A stretch of 64,000 nucleotides of DNA from Tubulanus polymorphus (GCF_964204645.1 NC_134026.1:20928150-20992149); one strand, 5' to 3'; shown: positions 29,009-42,885, counted from the stretch's first letter. Made by a program: numbers and translations. The notes: generated by a model not told the origin, from the letters alone.

Positions 29009-29192
29009 ATTTTGTTTTAAAACATTTGCAAATAAAACGTGATTGAGAAGAAAACGTTATTTTTCGAAGCCTCTACAGCTTCTATTCTTAAATCTTCCCA
29101 ATTCAATTTCTCCTGAGACCTGTTCCTATTGAAAATCATGACAACACAGAACATGTCACCATTATTGTTTACACAGCTTCTTCGACTTCGTG

Positions 29193-29643
29193 AGGATTCT
29201 AGGACAATTGCCCCCCGGACAACTGCCCCCTTGAAATCCTTTTTGATTTGGATTTACACCACCTATATACTTTACTTAGAAATTCATTTGTATATTATTG
29301 AATATAGATTTATAAGATAGAATTACTAATGTTGTGTGCAGATCAAAAACTTTTAATCAGTCCTTTTGTGTTATTATAATTCACTTACCAAATTAAAGAA
29401 AACTTAATAAGTCCACTTATTAGTGCATTAGTTAATGTAAGCTAATTCATAAGAATTAGTTTTAGTGTTACTATAGCCAATCAAAAATTTTTAAGCAGTC
29501 CTAGAGTAATTAGCTATAGAATTAGTTCACTTCGTCTAATTAATTTGAATTAAATAACTGTGTTAATTTAAGATTAAAAAGATTTAATTTGGGGGCAATT
29601 GTCCAAGGGGGGCAGTTTTCCGGGGGGCAATTTTGCGAGGTCA
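29193..29643. mobile_element. MITE with subterminal GGACAATTGCCCCC / GGGGGCAATTGTCC repeats
   Basis: Repeated motif in inverted orientation at both ends around an AT-rich core; boundaries approximate. Confidence 0.6.
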
Positions 29644-29790
29644 CTTTCCCCTTTTTTGAAAAAGGATTATAGGCCTACTAGTTACCATTATTAGTTTAGG
29701 AATCATTATTGGTAAAGGATGACCCAATCGTTTTAATTGATTTGTTTTTTTTTTTCAGTCTGAGTGACGGCAATATTCAGAATCATCAAG

Positions 29791-32700
29791 ATGGAGCACA
29801 AACAATTGATATCGTTGTGTGTTGAAATACTTGACACATTTAACGTCGAAACTCGAGCGGCTGATGAACATTTTAATGAATTCTTGGAATATTATGAGGT
29901 AAGAATCCTTCTATGCTGATCTCGATCTGTGAATTGTGAGGGCTTTGTGATGTCCTTGAAGCTTTATTTCTTCTTAATTGTTTATTATGCCAGTGAAATT
30001 CACCTGAAATTATCCACATTTGTAAATTTCATGATGCGTAACTCCATTGAGACGTCTCAAATGAAATATACCAGCGTCCAATGTTCATTGCCAAATTGGT
30101 GTCGGTAGAACTACTGTAAAAAAATATTCACTTTTAAGTTGTGTAGTCGGAAAAATTGCTTGGAAATTAATGTAATGAACAAATGTAAAATGTCTCAAAA
30201 GTAAAACCCTCCGGTTTATAGCCTATAGAGAATTAAGGAAGCATTCAGTAACTAGCCGATTGTTGTCACTGATGATGGACTTACTACAATTTGTGATTAA
30301 TTATTTTTTGTAGATTGATGAGGTTGAATTTGAAACGTTTATAGAAGAAATTTTTTCGGGTTGTGTTCGCTACAGAAATGTTCTGCGGGTTGTGGTGGAC
30401 GGATTTTATGCCAAGGATGGCAAAATGGTTCGCAAATCAGAGTATAATCTTTATAGAGGTATGTACAATATTTTCTGTTTGAAGAGATAAACCTCTCTAA
30501 AAAGTACTAGTAATTCAATTAATTGACGATTAGAATTTTCATACAGAAAGCCCCATATTCTGTCTAATCTCTGGTGAACATTTATGGTTTTGTCCTATCA
30601 GAGTAAATGTAAAGACATATAATATTTTGAAGATTACTAGATTTTTTTAGTCTGAGCTTCCACTCCTAAGTGTCTGTAGCTTCATTACCGATTTGTCCTA
30701 TCGACTTCGCTTCTGCAACAGGATTTGCATTTTCATTTCAGTTTTCTGTTATATCGCCTTGTTTCGATTGGATGAACTAGGATTTGTGCAGTTCAGAAAG
30801 GTAGTCAGCAGTCAAGATATCAACAAAATGCACCAGGTAATAGATTTAGTCAGTGTGCTCCATCCTCTGGGGCTTAGTGTGATACAGCCTTCGAATGATA
30901 TTGCCACAAAATTTGCAATTTGCTACAAAATATGATTGATTCAAAATATAATTTTCATTTCAGTTTTTGACGTTTTTATTTGATGATAAACACCTAGTCA
31001 CTTGGATGAAAGATGAATGGATGAAATTGTACGATCCAAGCTTTGTTCAGAAATCGCTTCTCTCTCCTATCAGACAGTAAGTTTTACTGCTATGGATTTC
31101 TCACAATTTTATGTATACTATAGCAGAGTATATAGTACATTAACCACAATTGAGATAGAAATCAGTACAATTTCATTTTCTTTCAGGTGGCTACCGGAAG
31201 CGCTCGAATTTCTAACGCAGATGGATGATAGAATAAAGAATAAAGTGAAACCAAAGAAACCAGTTGTATCCACTACAGGTATTACTTATTTCGTGTGTTG
31301 GGATGTATTTCTAAGATTTCGTTACAATCACTTACAAAAACCGTATTTTCTTTTGCAGAAATGAAGCCATTTAATCTAACTAAACCGAGACCTAGAAGTA
31401 TACCGATGCCTGAACCGGTACGTAAGTTAGTTCGCGTTGATTTCAAAAACTTTCCACTTCTCGCCATAGTGTAGGAAAGAACAACAATTGATTTTGCCGA
31501 TACTCATCAATTTTCAGATACCCAAGCTACAGAAACATCGACCCGTTCCTAAAACGCTGTATGAACCACCGAAAGAACAGGAAAGCTTGTCTCATTTAAA
31601 GATACAAAACAGGCGAACTGCAGAAGTAAGAAACGATCTACTAAATGATTTGTTAGTAATTGATTGATACCGCAACCGATGATCTCATCGATCATGTGCA
31701 TTACGCAGATTTGTAAACAAGAAATGAATAAGAAAACTCTAATTTAGTTAACGCCACAAGTTTACAAACCCTGATAGCCTAGGTACCACAGACCACAATA
31801 TTGGTCACAAGTTAGAATCATGGCGTAGCAGTAGGGATACAGTCTATATAGTGTCTGCTACCCACTGAATTGAAATTTATTACCATTCACATGGTAATAT
31901 TCAATATGAAACCCTATTTTTTTTTCCTAAAAATCTCAGGAAGCTTCAGCTGGGTTGAAGCTGTCTGGTAATCAAGAGCATAATTTACGTATGAATTAAC
32001 TCAAACATTACTAGAATAGCATCTAACCATGTCTAGTACATTTTGTGTACACAATAGAATTGAGGCAGATCAAATGTTGTGAAGATAATGTTCAAATCTA
32101 ACGCCGCTGAAATCTCACACCTGTCAATGATATCAATAGAGACACAGTCCATTGAAAAAATGCCTCATTGTTATGGTACACAGCTGGTAAACTGATCAAT
32201 ATTCTTCTTTTCAGGATCGCCTTATGGAAGCTTCGAGATATCAGTTTGCCTGCGCGAATCCTGAATTATCGGCGAAAACTATCAACCGAATGCACAAAGT
32301 AATCATTGGCGAAGAAAATAAACTAGACTTCGAAAAGCACACAGCCAATCCACTACCCAATTGTCTGGTAAGGTTGCCGGAATTAATTCCATTTGAGATG
32401 AAAGTTGATCATCTGCTTCAGTTGTCCAATTCATTGGTTATTTGATCGATAATTTCAGAATAACGCAGTGCCGATTAAGTTGAATACAGCCACGATTCTG
32501 AGAGAAGGAAATCTTTATAAGAAAAAAGAGGAAGATGAGTTGAAAAAGTGAGAAAATTAATTCTGTTAATTGAATCGGAATAATTTCCAATCGATTAACT
32601 TACATACCCAGTTCTCATAGTTGTGAGTTGAAATTTGACTAGGCTTTGAAAAAGAACTAATTCTTAGTTTCATGTTTAAGTAGTCAATAATTTCTGTGAG

Positions 32701-35030
32701 TTTTCTGTGTTGTGTGGACACTTATGCCAGTTAAAACTCTAGAAAAATACTTGATATACTTTCAGTACTAACTTCACTCTGTACATTGTAGATTAGAGAA
32801 ACTAGAAGCTGGCGCAAAAGATGCGTCTGAATTTCTGAAATGGCAGACAGAAATGAGGAAGAACGACATGGACGAACAATTAGCCGAAATAGAACGGCGA
32901 AGAATCGAAGGCAAACTCAGCCACGAAGAGGCGATTCTGGCTCGAAAAAATCTCGTCAAAGAGAATAAGACTAAAGTGCAAGAAATTAAAGCAGAAGTGA
33001 GTAATATTATCAAAAGTATTCATACATAGCACAGCACAACAACATAATCTTTTTGAGAGCAGCTAAATAAAGATATCGGTGCCTAGTAGTAAGATAATGT
33101 CGACATTGAAAAATTCTCATTTCAGACTAAGAAGAGATTGGAGGAATATCTTCACAACAAACTCGAAGAAGAACAAGAAATGAAGTGAGTAGAATGATAA
33201 TTGAATGGCTTTGAAGTACCCTGGTTACAATTTGTCACGTTTTTCAATGCAAATTGTAGACGGTTGGTGGAAATCGTCACCGAAGGACATCACAATGCAA
33301 AAGATGCCAAGAAACGACTTCAAGAATACAAAGCAAAAATAGGTATGAAAGAGATATATGTTTAAAGGGATTCTGAGACAATTAATGCCCCCATTTGGGC
33401 TACAACATGTCAGCAAAATGAATTTCTTTTTGTAATTTAGTTCAAGAAGTACAGGGCGAAAGTAAGGAATTATTGCAACAAGCATTAGAAGAGGTGAGTT
33501 TTATCGTAACAAATACAAGTTTTATCAAATCCAATCAGTTACTGGGCCCACCGATGAATATAGTAAATTGTACATAACTAAAAATTCTTTGCTTTTAAAA
33601 AAAATTCTGTTGACATTGTTCTTACAATACATGTATATTGAAACTTGTTCATGCATCTGTTTTTCAACAATTTTCAGGCTGAAGCCGAAATGAGGCGTAA
33701 AATGGAATTGATTCATCAGATTCGTGCGATGGAGTCCGTCCCCGTTATTCGACAGAAGTTTGTCGATTTAACCGAGACTGCCGGTTATGGATTACTCAGT
33801 GAGATGTCGATAGCCGAGGTAAGCAACAATTCCAATTTTAAAAGATTTCTCAATTTGATATCGCAAAGAATTCAGAGTTTGATATTTGAGAAATGTTCAT
33901 TTACAGCTTAAAGAAAGGTTGTCGTTATTGCGAATTGCTGAAGCTAAGGCTGAGGATGGAAAGAGGGATGAAATTTTATCCGCAAAACAGGTAAGAAACT
34001 AATTTAACTACCGGTAACGAAGGCAGATTTTTGGTACAATTCAATTTATTGTCTTGGCAATAGATTTTCTGCCCTTGCCTTGAGGCACTTCATCCCCCAG
34101 TGGGACATAAAGCCACAACACATTCCCTCCAGTTTCTTCTATCTTTGGCTGTCTGCTGTGCCTTGTTTCATGTCAGCCCCATCAGTTTCAGCTCGTCAGC
34201 CAATGCTCACCTCCAGGTAACTTTTGGGCAGCCTTCTTTCTTCCATTGAGGGGCTTATGTTAGTAGTATAGGGCAGTCTTTGGTATGCTGCCAGGCTCCA
34301 TTCTGATGACATGTCCAAGTCCAAGCCATCTCAGTCTGATCAGAGATTTTCTGTACTAGAATATTTCAATATTTCCAGAAAACTTGGTATTTCTCAGACT
34401 TCACCATCTTCTTATCTTGAAATTCCCTTTCAGACTAAAGATCAAATTCTAATGGATACCCTCGACATGATCTCAAAACACAGAACCGAGAAAAGTAGGG
34501 CTGCAGCTTTAAAGTGAGTAGCAGCATTCTTCCGTGGTCCTCCGAAGTAATTTCATAGATCGTAAAAATTAATCGAATCCGTATTTCTATTTAGATTCGA
34601 GGAAAGAAAGAAAACGCGAAACAATAAAACAGCGATAAAAGACGATAAACTGGACGCGCTGCAGAAAAAACTCGACGAAAAACGTCAAGAACGATTGAAA
34701 GAACAGGAAAATTCTAAAATCAAAATCAGCAAAGGTTCAGCTCTGCGTACGCAGGCACTCATTAATGAAAAGGTAAATCAAAATTTGTCTAAATAAACCA
34801 TTGAATTTAACTTATTCTAAGTTCGAATGTTCCAACATGGTAAATATCTATCTTTTTGCAAGTTTTTTTAAAATTTTTTTTCTTGTCTGTAGAAAGCTAG
34901 AGAGGAAAGTCGTTGGGCTGAACTGGAACAAACTCGTGACAGAACCGCTAAATTAGCGTCGAAAGGAATCCATGGAAGCAGCAGCGCCACAAGATTATTG
35001 TCTAACAACAGAGTAGCAATTCATTCGTGA
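29791..35030 (+). CDS. CFAP99: Cilia- and flagella-associated protein 99, multi-exon
   Basis: ATG at 29791, first coding exon ends 29898 (GAG|gtaaga); last exon ends with TGA at 35030. Spliced motifs KPFNLTKPRPRSIPMPEP, PIKLNTATILREGNLYKKKEE and DLTETAGYGLLSEMSIAELKERLSLL, plus a coiled-coil C-terminal half. Confidence 0.85.
34085..34338 (-). mobile_element. 5'-truncated RTE-clade LINE 3' end in a CFAP99 intron
   Basis: Degenerate minus-strand translation RLRWLG..GHVIRMEPGSIPKTAL...PKVTWR...AKDRRNWRECVVALCPTG, typical of the RTE ORF C-terminus. Confidence 0.8.
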
Positions 35031-35841
35031 TATCAGATCTGTGTAAATCTATTTGAACAATTACTATTCGTATAAGAGAAGGATTGTATGATTTAGTGAA
35101 GTGTCCGTCCATGTACAAATGAAATTATGATGTATTTTAAGATGTGAATAATATAATAAAGTGTACCTTAAATACTGTGATTCATAGCCTAGTTTGAAGC
35201 TTTTTTCTTTTAAGGATAGGCCAAGGAAAGGAATTAACTCCACTTCAACCCATGTAAAAGGCTTTGCACCACACTGAAGGATTTTCTAACGAGAAAATTT
35301 CATGTCTCAAGGAAATTTCTGCATCACTTTCACATCCCAATCACTGTAGACTCCTCTCTGTTTCTAGTTTCTAATAAATTCGGTAACTGCTTAATTGGGT
35401 AAAGAAAAAATCCATGTCCCAATTGTTCGGATTCAGGGGTAGTCTATTGTACAACTTCTAAAGTATCCAATAGCTATTTCTCAAAATTGTATGAGTTTTA
35501 AAGGAGTTTCTGATATTTTGCTCAAATCAAAGGAGTTTCAAGCACCTTCAAAAGCATTTTCCATGAGTTTTAAAGGAATCTAGAAGTCTTAGGCACCCTG
35601 TTACAGGGTTTGGGATCTGTGTGCAGAAAACTTCTGAAAGCGATTCAGATATAAGCCCCCATGGATTACGTCCTAAATAATACAATTTTACTAATATTGT
35701 ACCGGGATCGCATATCATTTGAAAATCAACCGAAAGATAAAATACAACACAAGTTGAAAGAATCCATAAATTTTCACTCGAAAACAGACACGTATTTCTA
35801 TTTCATGTATGAAATATAATACATGTTCAGATAACTTAAAT

Positions 35842-37365
35842 TCAATCGAAATAATCTTCGATATCGATATCGGGATGAAGCAAATCTTCGCCGTAACGAC
35901 TCAAATCCATCTGATTCAAAATCAGATTTTCGAAAGTTTCTTCCAGGTCGGTTTCGCCGATCAGGATAGCGCCTTGCATACGCCCGTCGTGCATGACGGC
36001 CTTGACGTATTCCCTACCCTCTGTCGTCCGCAACAAAACGTGATAATCGTTTCCCAAATCTTGCGCGTTAAATTTACCCAACAATACGACTTTATACCCG
36101 AAAAACTGCGTGACGTGCGTGAATATTTCGAAACAAAAATCGAGCGTCATTTCTCGAATGCGGCCGCGTAGATCGGCGTCGATACATTTCCCGGCGTATA
36201 TCCCCATTTGTCGTGCTTGAGTCCACAGTTTCATTTGTAACCAATGCTTCGCCGGTTCCCATGTCGGCGCGCACAAATCACCAGCCGCGTAAACATCCGC
36301 GATACTCGTCCGCATTTTATCGTCAACCATTAACCCTCCGTCGGCGGAAATGGTGAAATTATTCGATTTCGCGAACGGGTCTCGGTTCGGCTTGACGCCG
36401 GTGGCGCTGACGACGAAATCGCAGCCGTATATTTTACCGTTTGTAAGTTCGACATAAACCGGCCACCAATCGGTCCGATCACTCGGATTCGAAGTGACCA
36501 GGAAATTGCGCAGGTTTTCCTCACACATAAACTCCGATTGGGTCAAAATTCTCCGAACCTCGACTTTGTATTCGACGTGAACCGAACGCTGCTCGTCGCT
36601 GAGTCCTTTCAACTCGTAACCCGTATGCCAATCGGGACCGAGCGCGCTTCCTTTCACGTCCTCGTTCGCGCTCGTCTCCCCGCCGGACACGACGTACTTT
36701 TCGCGCTTAATCGGTCGAAAACGCGCCGTCGCTTTCCGCTCGTTCAAACTGGCGAGGAAAAATTCTGCGGCGCCGACGTCGATGAATGTCGCCGTAATCG
36801 ATTCGTCCTTGATTGCCCAGACGATCTCGACATTTTCCAACTCGTAGACGAGCTCGGTCGCTATGCCGCCGTTACCGACGATAACGACGCGCCGAGCGTC
36901 GGTTAGTTTCCGTTGAAACGTCCGCACGCTTTCCGTATCCCGGATTCCTAAAACATACGGATTATCTTCAACGACTATCTTGGGTCGTCCGCCCGCGCAT
37001 AGGCATAACTTCCGATAGCGATAAACCGAGTCATTGTCCGTGTATATCTTATGACCGACGGAGTCTAAGTCTGTGACTACGGCATGGATTACTTTCACGT
37101 TCGGGTAATTCGATTCCAGGTAGGACGAAGGTTTTTCTTCAACGTCGAATTCTTCGAGCACTTTCGTTAGTTGTTTGTAATTGATGACGGCTTTGATCAG
37201 AGGCGAGGCCGAAATTAACAATATCCGCGATTCCGTTTGCAGAAATGATAGGCTCTGTGCGCATGTAACTCCGGCGATGCCTCCACCCACGACGATAAGG
37301 TCGAAACAGGAATCCTCTTTGGACGCTGCCTCCTCACTGCCGGCTTGGTCGGCGGCGTCCATCAT
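35842..37365 (-). CDS. PYROXD1: Pyridine nucleotide-disulfide oxidoreductase domain-containing protein 1; CDS in a single exon
   Basis: 507-aa uninterrupted ORF with VVGGGIAG and IVGNGGIATE Rossmann motifs, GSALGPDWH, WLQMKLWTQARQMG and the C-terminal DIDIEDYFD. Confidence 0.96.
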   Translation of the reverse strand: MMDAADQAGSEEAASKEDSCFDLIVVGGGIAGVTCAQSLSFLQTESRILLISASPLIKAVINYKQLTKVLEEFDVEEKPSSYLESNYPNVKVIHAVVTDLDSVGHKIYTDNDSVYRYRKLCLCAGGRPKIVVEDNPYVLGIRDTESVRTFQRKLTDARRVVIVGNGGIATELVYELENVEIVWAIKDESITATFIDVGAAEFFLASLNERKATARFRPIKREKYVVSGGETSANEDVKGSALGPDWHTGYELKGLSDEQRSVHVEYKVEVRRILTQSEFMCEENLRNFLVTSNPSDRTDWWPVYVELTNGKIYGCDFVVSATGVKPNRDPFAKSNNFTISADGGLMVDDKMRTSIADVYAAGDLCAPTWEPAKHWLQMKLWTQARQMGIYAGKCIDADLRGRIREMTLDFCFEIFTHVTQFFGYKVVLLGKFNAQDLGNDYHVLLRTTEGREYVKAVMHDGRMQGAILIGETDLEETFENLILNQMDLSRYGEDLLHPDIDIEDYFD

Positions 37366-37937
37366 GGCAGCTTTTCACGTCAGCTCTTTCAGACCTAAAA
37401 ATATCAAAATTTCTATTCGGCATAAGTGTTAAGTGATAGGGCTTTTCTGGTGGTGGTTGACAGTATAAAAATTGTTATGCATGTCGTCTCACTAAGTAAA
37501 TAATCATGATAATGTAATTGAATTCTGAATTGAATTGGTCTGGACAGAGCAGAGCCGAGGGGTCTTTGCTTTAAAACTCAGACTCTCATCAAAAACACGA
37601 ACGACACCCAATTGCAACGCAATCTATTTTGGATTGCGATATATTACCTCGAAATGGGTGTGTAAAACCTCTTGTCATTTAGTTTAAATCGGTGATTCAG
37701 GCTATGAAACGTTTCATCTCGTATAGTTTCACTGCTCACCGCCAAACATTTGTGGCAGCACCTTCCGGTGTATAGAATTGATATATTATGACAAGTGCTT
37801 CAGCTTCTTTCTTCCGCATTTTATAGGATTTCATTCGCGTGAAGTGTATTTATTCCTCGAGGTAAACGTGCTATTAAAAGCTCCGTATAAACATGGCATG
37901 ATGTCGAATGTTGTCAAATGAGAATAATTGTTTTATT

Positions 37938-38087
37938 CACAGGGGCTCGTTACGATAGCTGGGGGTCCAAAATCAAAGATTTGACCCAGTATCCTAGGTA
38001 CCACCTATTTTTTTTTATAGGTGGTACCTAGGATACTGGGTCAAATCTTTGATTTTGGACCCCCAGCTATCGTAACGAGCCCCTGTG
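37938..38087. mobile_element. 150-bp perfect hairpin MITE with CACAGGGG termini
   Basis: Two identical 71-bp inverted arms around a T8 loop; 8-bp TSD GTTTTATT at 37930-37937 and 38088-38095. Confidence 0.9.
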
Positions 38088-38245
38088 GTTTTATTAGGTT
38101 TCATTAACAAATTCAATTCAATGATTTATATTACTACTCTGCCTGACTGATGCAAGAATTTACAGTTTACAATTTGCCTTTAACCATGCATTTAAAGTTT
38201 TGGTGCAAGGAACTTAAAGCTAATGCCTATTTCTATTTTTAGGTG

Positions 38246-41200
38246 ATGGCATTTGCATGTTGTTGTAAACGAGCTGTATTTGGCATTCTTTCGAGACAAA
38301 GTATCTCCAGTTATCGGTTACAATCAATTCATCGATTAGCGATAAATCGTAGAATTCACTTGCCGTCAACGGCAAAAATTTTAGAACCATTGTCGCCAAC
38401 TGAGATTAATCAAATCGGGATAAAATATACTCGAACTTTATGGAAATATTCTACGACAGCATGGCATAGTTTTAGCAGATGTAATATTGCGTTGTCGAGA
38501 GCGTACGCTTCCAGAAAAGGGGAGGAACAAAATCTCGAAGGCATTCAGAAACATGTCTCGCCACTTTCGACGAGGAGAGCTGCTCGAAAAAAGTCTAGTA
38601 GAGATGGCGGTGCTGTGAAAAGGGTCGGTATTGAATCGAAAAGAACTCTTCTTGTTTACCCTTTCAGTGTATCTGCACTGCAGTGCAGTGTATTAATCGC
38701 TGATGGACATTGCTTTAGTATGCTGCACCGCGGTGTAATGTAATTGATAATTAGCTTTTATCTCTTGAAAGATGGCAGGCTTACCTGTCAAAAAAAGTTA
38801 AATATTATTAACTAATGATACATCACACTGTGATGTAGATGCACTAAAGCGATATGCCCGTTATTCAACGCACTGGGGTGGAATTTCTTTTAAATTTCAA
38901 ATTTAAATCCAGTACTTGTGGGTATCAATTTGTCAGCACTGAAAGGGTCTCTTTTTCAAACTTGCAGTACAGATTTTTTCAAGAATAAGAATGGAAAGGG
39001 AAAATGAAAGAAATTGTTATCATTAATGAATGTATTGCAATCTTCTCATTCAAGGAATATATGGTCAGCGCCTATTCAATAGCGGAAGAGTGCGATCTCG
39101 AAGGTCTGATGAAAGAAATTGAAACACAAGGTCTTTACGCGTTATGTCCACTGCCAGGTGAGCTTCGAAATTCCATTGAGCTGATTATTTGCTTCGGTTT
39201 CTACTCGAGTACCCCTGTATAATTTTTCTGGGTATGTTTTTTATGCGTTCTAATACAGATACGAAAGATGTTCTGCATCTGAATGCCATTTATAAAGTTG
39301 ATGATGAAACGAGGGAGATATTCATCTTTAGGTGAGGTTAAGTCTCATGCCATTACAAAATATCTTGTTGTTGGTGCTGATGAGCTTTAGATAGGAACCA
39401 GGGGCGGATGCAGGATTTTCAAGGGGTCCTACGCTGGTTATCCCTAAGAAAAATTTTAAGGAATAGTCATGCAATTGTGTATTCTGAGTGTTGTTAATGT
39501 TTAATTTTCAGAGAAGGGTCGGCTGTATTTTGGAATGTACCCTATGATGAAGTGAGTTTCGTTTTCAGGCCATAAAACCAACTTTGTGAAATATCCCCAT
39601 TGCCTGAAATGGAATGAAATGTTGTTGACCGTCTTTTTCTTCCAGGAAATGGAAGTTTTGAAATTCTTGCACAAATATCTTGAGGATCCATACAGTCTGA
39701 AATTAGTGAATGGCGAAGCTGAAGAATTGACTTTCAAATATACTGAGTAAGTGTAAGGATAAAGTTTAGTGTGTACTTTCCGGTGAAGTGGGCCTGGTTC
39801 CCTTGACCCTAAGTTTTTGTATTGTTTTTCTAGTACGCCAACGAAACTAGATGGAGACGAAATACACATACACATCTCTGGTTCCAAATCAGAAGAGAAC
39901 AGTCAGGCGATACAGCACCAGAAATACGCTTTCTCAAATGCTTTATCTTTATCAGGTAAAGAGAAAAAGCTGCGAATCCGTTTATACAGGTTATGGGTCA
40001 TCCTTAAAAACCAGCCAAGTTACATATACGTAATGTTGTTATGACCAGTATATTTTTCACTATTCAAGTCAAGCTTGGAATATGGGAAGCGTCACTTGAA
40101 AAGTATGTCGCTTCTATCGAATGGGTTACCGAGGTAAGGCTTAACCGTGAATGTCAGAAAGCAATTGTGTATAAGTTTCTATATGACACTACGTATTGCT
40201 AATGAGTAGAAGTGTATTTCTTAAGGATTTGAAAAATGGGAAAAGCATTCGCATGACAAAACCGCAAGTATTGATAAAGACCGGGGAGCTTTTTACATTG
40301 AGGTAAGGTGATCGATTCTTGTGATTCGAATGCAGCCATAGCGTCAAATGAGAAACTTTCTGTCTTATTGTAGGCATTTGATCAATCTGAGCTCTGATTT
40401 GCTGGACACTCCGGATTTCTACTGGGATAGAGAGGATTTGGAGAGTTTGTACCAGAGTACGTGTTCCCAATTGAACATCAATAGAAGAACGATGGTATGT
40501 ATCATGTATCCTGAGATAGCTGCTTCAAATGCAGTTTAATTTTGTATCTTTACACAGAAAAATTATTCTTAATCGTGATTTTTTTTCAGGTGATGAATGA
40601 AAAGTTGAACTATTGTGTTGAATTAACACAGCTTGTCAGTGACCATCTGAATCAGGATCATCAGTCTCGTCTGGAATGGATTATCATTATTCTTATCCTT
40701 GTTGAGGTACATCCTGATAATACTGTTGACCCAGCGTAATTCAAATGTTGATCTTATCTAATTGAGATCTCGATTTTTCTCCTATTCCGACAAATCACCC
40801 AAACTTTTTAAGTGCCCTTTTGATTATGAGATTCAGGTCTTTCTGTAAAAGGAAGGCACGAGTTTGTCAATATTCTTGGAAAAGGTTTTTTCCGGAAACG
40901 ACCGACTGGCATGACTGTCCTTACTCATTTGGCCCAAAAATATCTGGCAAGACCCTCGGATATTGTCACTTTGTCCTAGCCTAAAACAGAATTCATTTTG
41001 TTGATCTCAAATGATCAGAGTCTACTTTCAAATAATACTTCTATATTTTCTCCATGAGAAATGGTTGATGACCCAATCTTACCTGAAGTGTTGAGGCAGC
41101 ATCTACTGCAGTACTTCATAACACGTTGGATAAAATAGTTCAATTATCTCTGGTTGGTCTCTTCTCTTCCTCCAGGTTATCTTCGAGTGCATACACTACG

Positions 41201-41286
41201 CGGAAAATTACCATGAAAAACAAGAAGCGAAACGCCGCGAACGAGAATTATTTGCATCGACAGAATCTTCTCGCAGCCAGAGTTGA
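38246..41286 (+). CDS. RMND1: Required for meiotic nuclear division 1 homolog (DUF155, mitochondrial translation factor), multi-exon
   Basis: Basic, Ser/Arg-rich presequence-like N-terminus. Spliced motifs [81 protein letters not shown]. Last exon 41177-41286. Confidence 0.92.
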
Positions 41287-42031
41287 CAACATGAAATAAT
41301 TTATTTGCTTCCACTTTTTGCCAAATTTTATTGAAAAAAATAAGTTAAAGCATGCCATCATGTTTGTTTTTGTATATTATTGTGTATTTTATTCCTTTCT
41401 TAATCGATTTTGCATTTTGAGGAAGTACTCAACTGGTGTATTATGAAATGAGATGTCAGATAAATTACTTTCCTGGATATACAATTAGTTGAAAACAAAT
41501 CTAGTGAAGTCTGTACACTAAAGAGGACAAAAATCTATTCGCAGGCGTTGCCTTTATACGGATGCAGGATATCTGACTCTCAGGGTTATGGGCTGAGGGG
41601 GTTCTTCCCATCTCCCTAGTTGATGTAAACAGATGTTTCAGGGTAACTAATTAATAAATTCGGTATATACAATCAGTCCATCAATTTAAGAAGTATCTAT
41701 TTGGGATGTGGCTGAAGTCCTTCAAAATTGGCCCCTGGATCTGCTCCTGCTTGGAAATGGCACGCATCAAAACAATGAACAACAAATATACAAATACTCA
41801 TCATATCAAACATTGTACCTAATTTTATTTACAAATCTACATGATTTACTCATTTATAGAGATCTAAATAGCAACTTCATTATACAACAAAATCAACGCC
41901 GAGCTGAAAGGTTAATTTGATGACTTAGACCGACTGTTCATAAATATAATATTCGTTAATAAAACACACAAATTTCAGAAGAGCATCAAATGCAAGGATC
42001 TACTCGAAACTGTCAGTCCTCGTTTATCAAA

Positions 42032-42885
42032 CTAGGATGATTTCTTCTTCGAAGATCCGGCACCGTATAGAACTCCGCCTAAAATCGCAAAAACGGTGAA
42101 TCCCTGAGCTACTATTCTCGATCGCATCATCAACTGTGACATTTTCGTATCGCCCGTTTTTAACTGCCAAAGGCCGTACGTCAAAGCCAACGTCGTAAGT
42201 CCCATTCCTAGAATCAAAAAGTTAATTTTGCTAAATGTATATAAGGCTAAACCAAAAAAATATTTTGTTTCTCCGCAGCAGCCAGGTCATTTTTGTAAAA
42301 TATGATAAATAGAGTAATAAGTAATGTATAGGGTAGATAGGCAGCCAGCCGGGTCAACTTTTAAGCTCAGCAGAGCGGGGAAACGAGGTATCAATTTTTT
42401 TTAGCCTAATCCAAAGATTTGGTAGAAAATACAGTAGACCCTGCTCGCTTTGGATCCAATAAATCTCTCACTGACAGACTGAGCAGACAGGTCATCACAA
42501 AAACATTTCAGTTTAAATCTTAAGTCCAGGATCAGGACGCGCTATAATCTGTGGCAAGCATTGTCTACTGGAGCCGAACAACGGCGGCACTATCAGCATT
42601 TTTCACACATAACAACACTTTCTGATGATTGATACTGATAGTGATTACTATCTCCTTTGTCATTGCCTTGTCATTGTGGACCTTAACGATTGTACAAAAC
42701 AATTATGTCATTGTTGTCAACAATGAAAAAAAAATCTTACCGATAGGGACAAATGGATTCTCATCTGCTTTTCTTTTGAATTTACTGTAAAATGTTTCGT
42801 TGTAATATCGAGGAACATCGTCGATACTGGATTTAGGAGGCGCTAGATAAGCGAAATCTTCAGGTGGGGGTCCTATATTTGACAT
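42032..42885 (-). CDS. HIGD2A: HIG1 domain family member 2A-like, two coding exons (42741-42885, 42032-42207)
   Basis: KFKRKADENPFVPIG joined to GMGLTTLALTYGL...SQLMMRSRIVAQGFTV; canonical phase-1 intron. Confidence 0.9.

Noticed and set aside
32120-32200. Possible intronic C/D-box snoRNA in CFAP99
   Set aside because: Box C is degenerate (ATGATAT) and no convincing terminal stem or rRNA guide was seen.
35809-37432. Several antisense and alternative-frame ORFs overlapping PYROXD1
   Set aside because: Expected shadow ORFs of a GC-richer coding region; no recognisable motifs.
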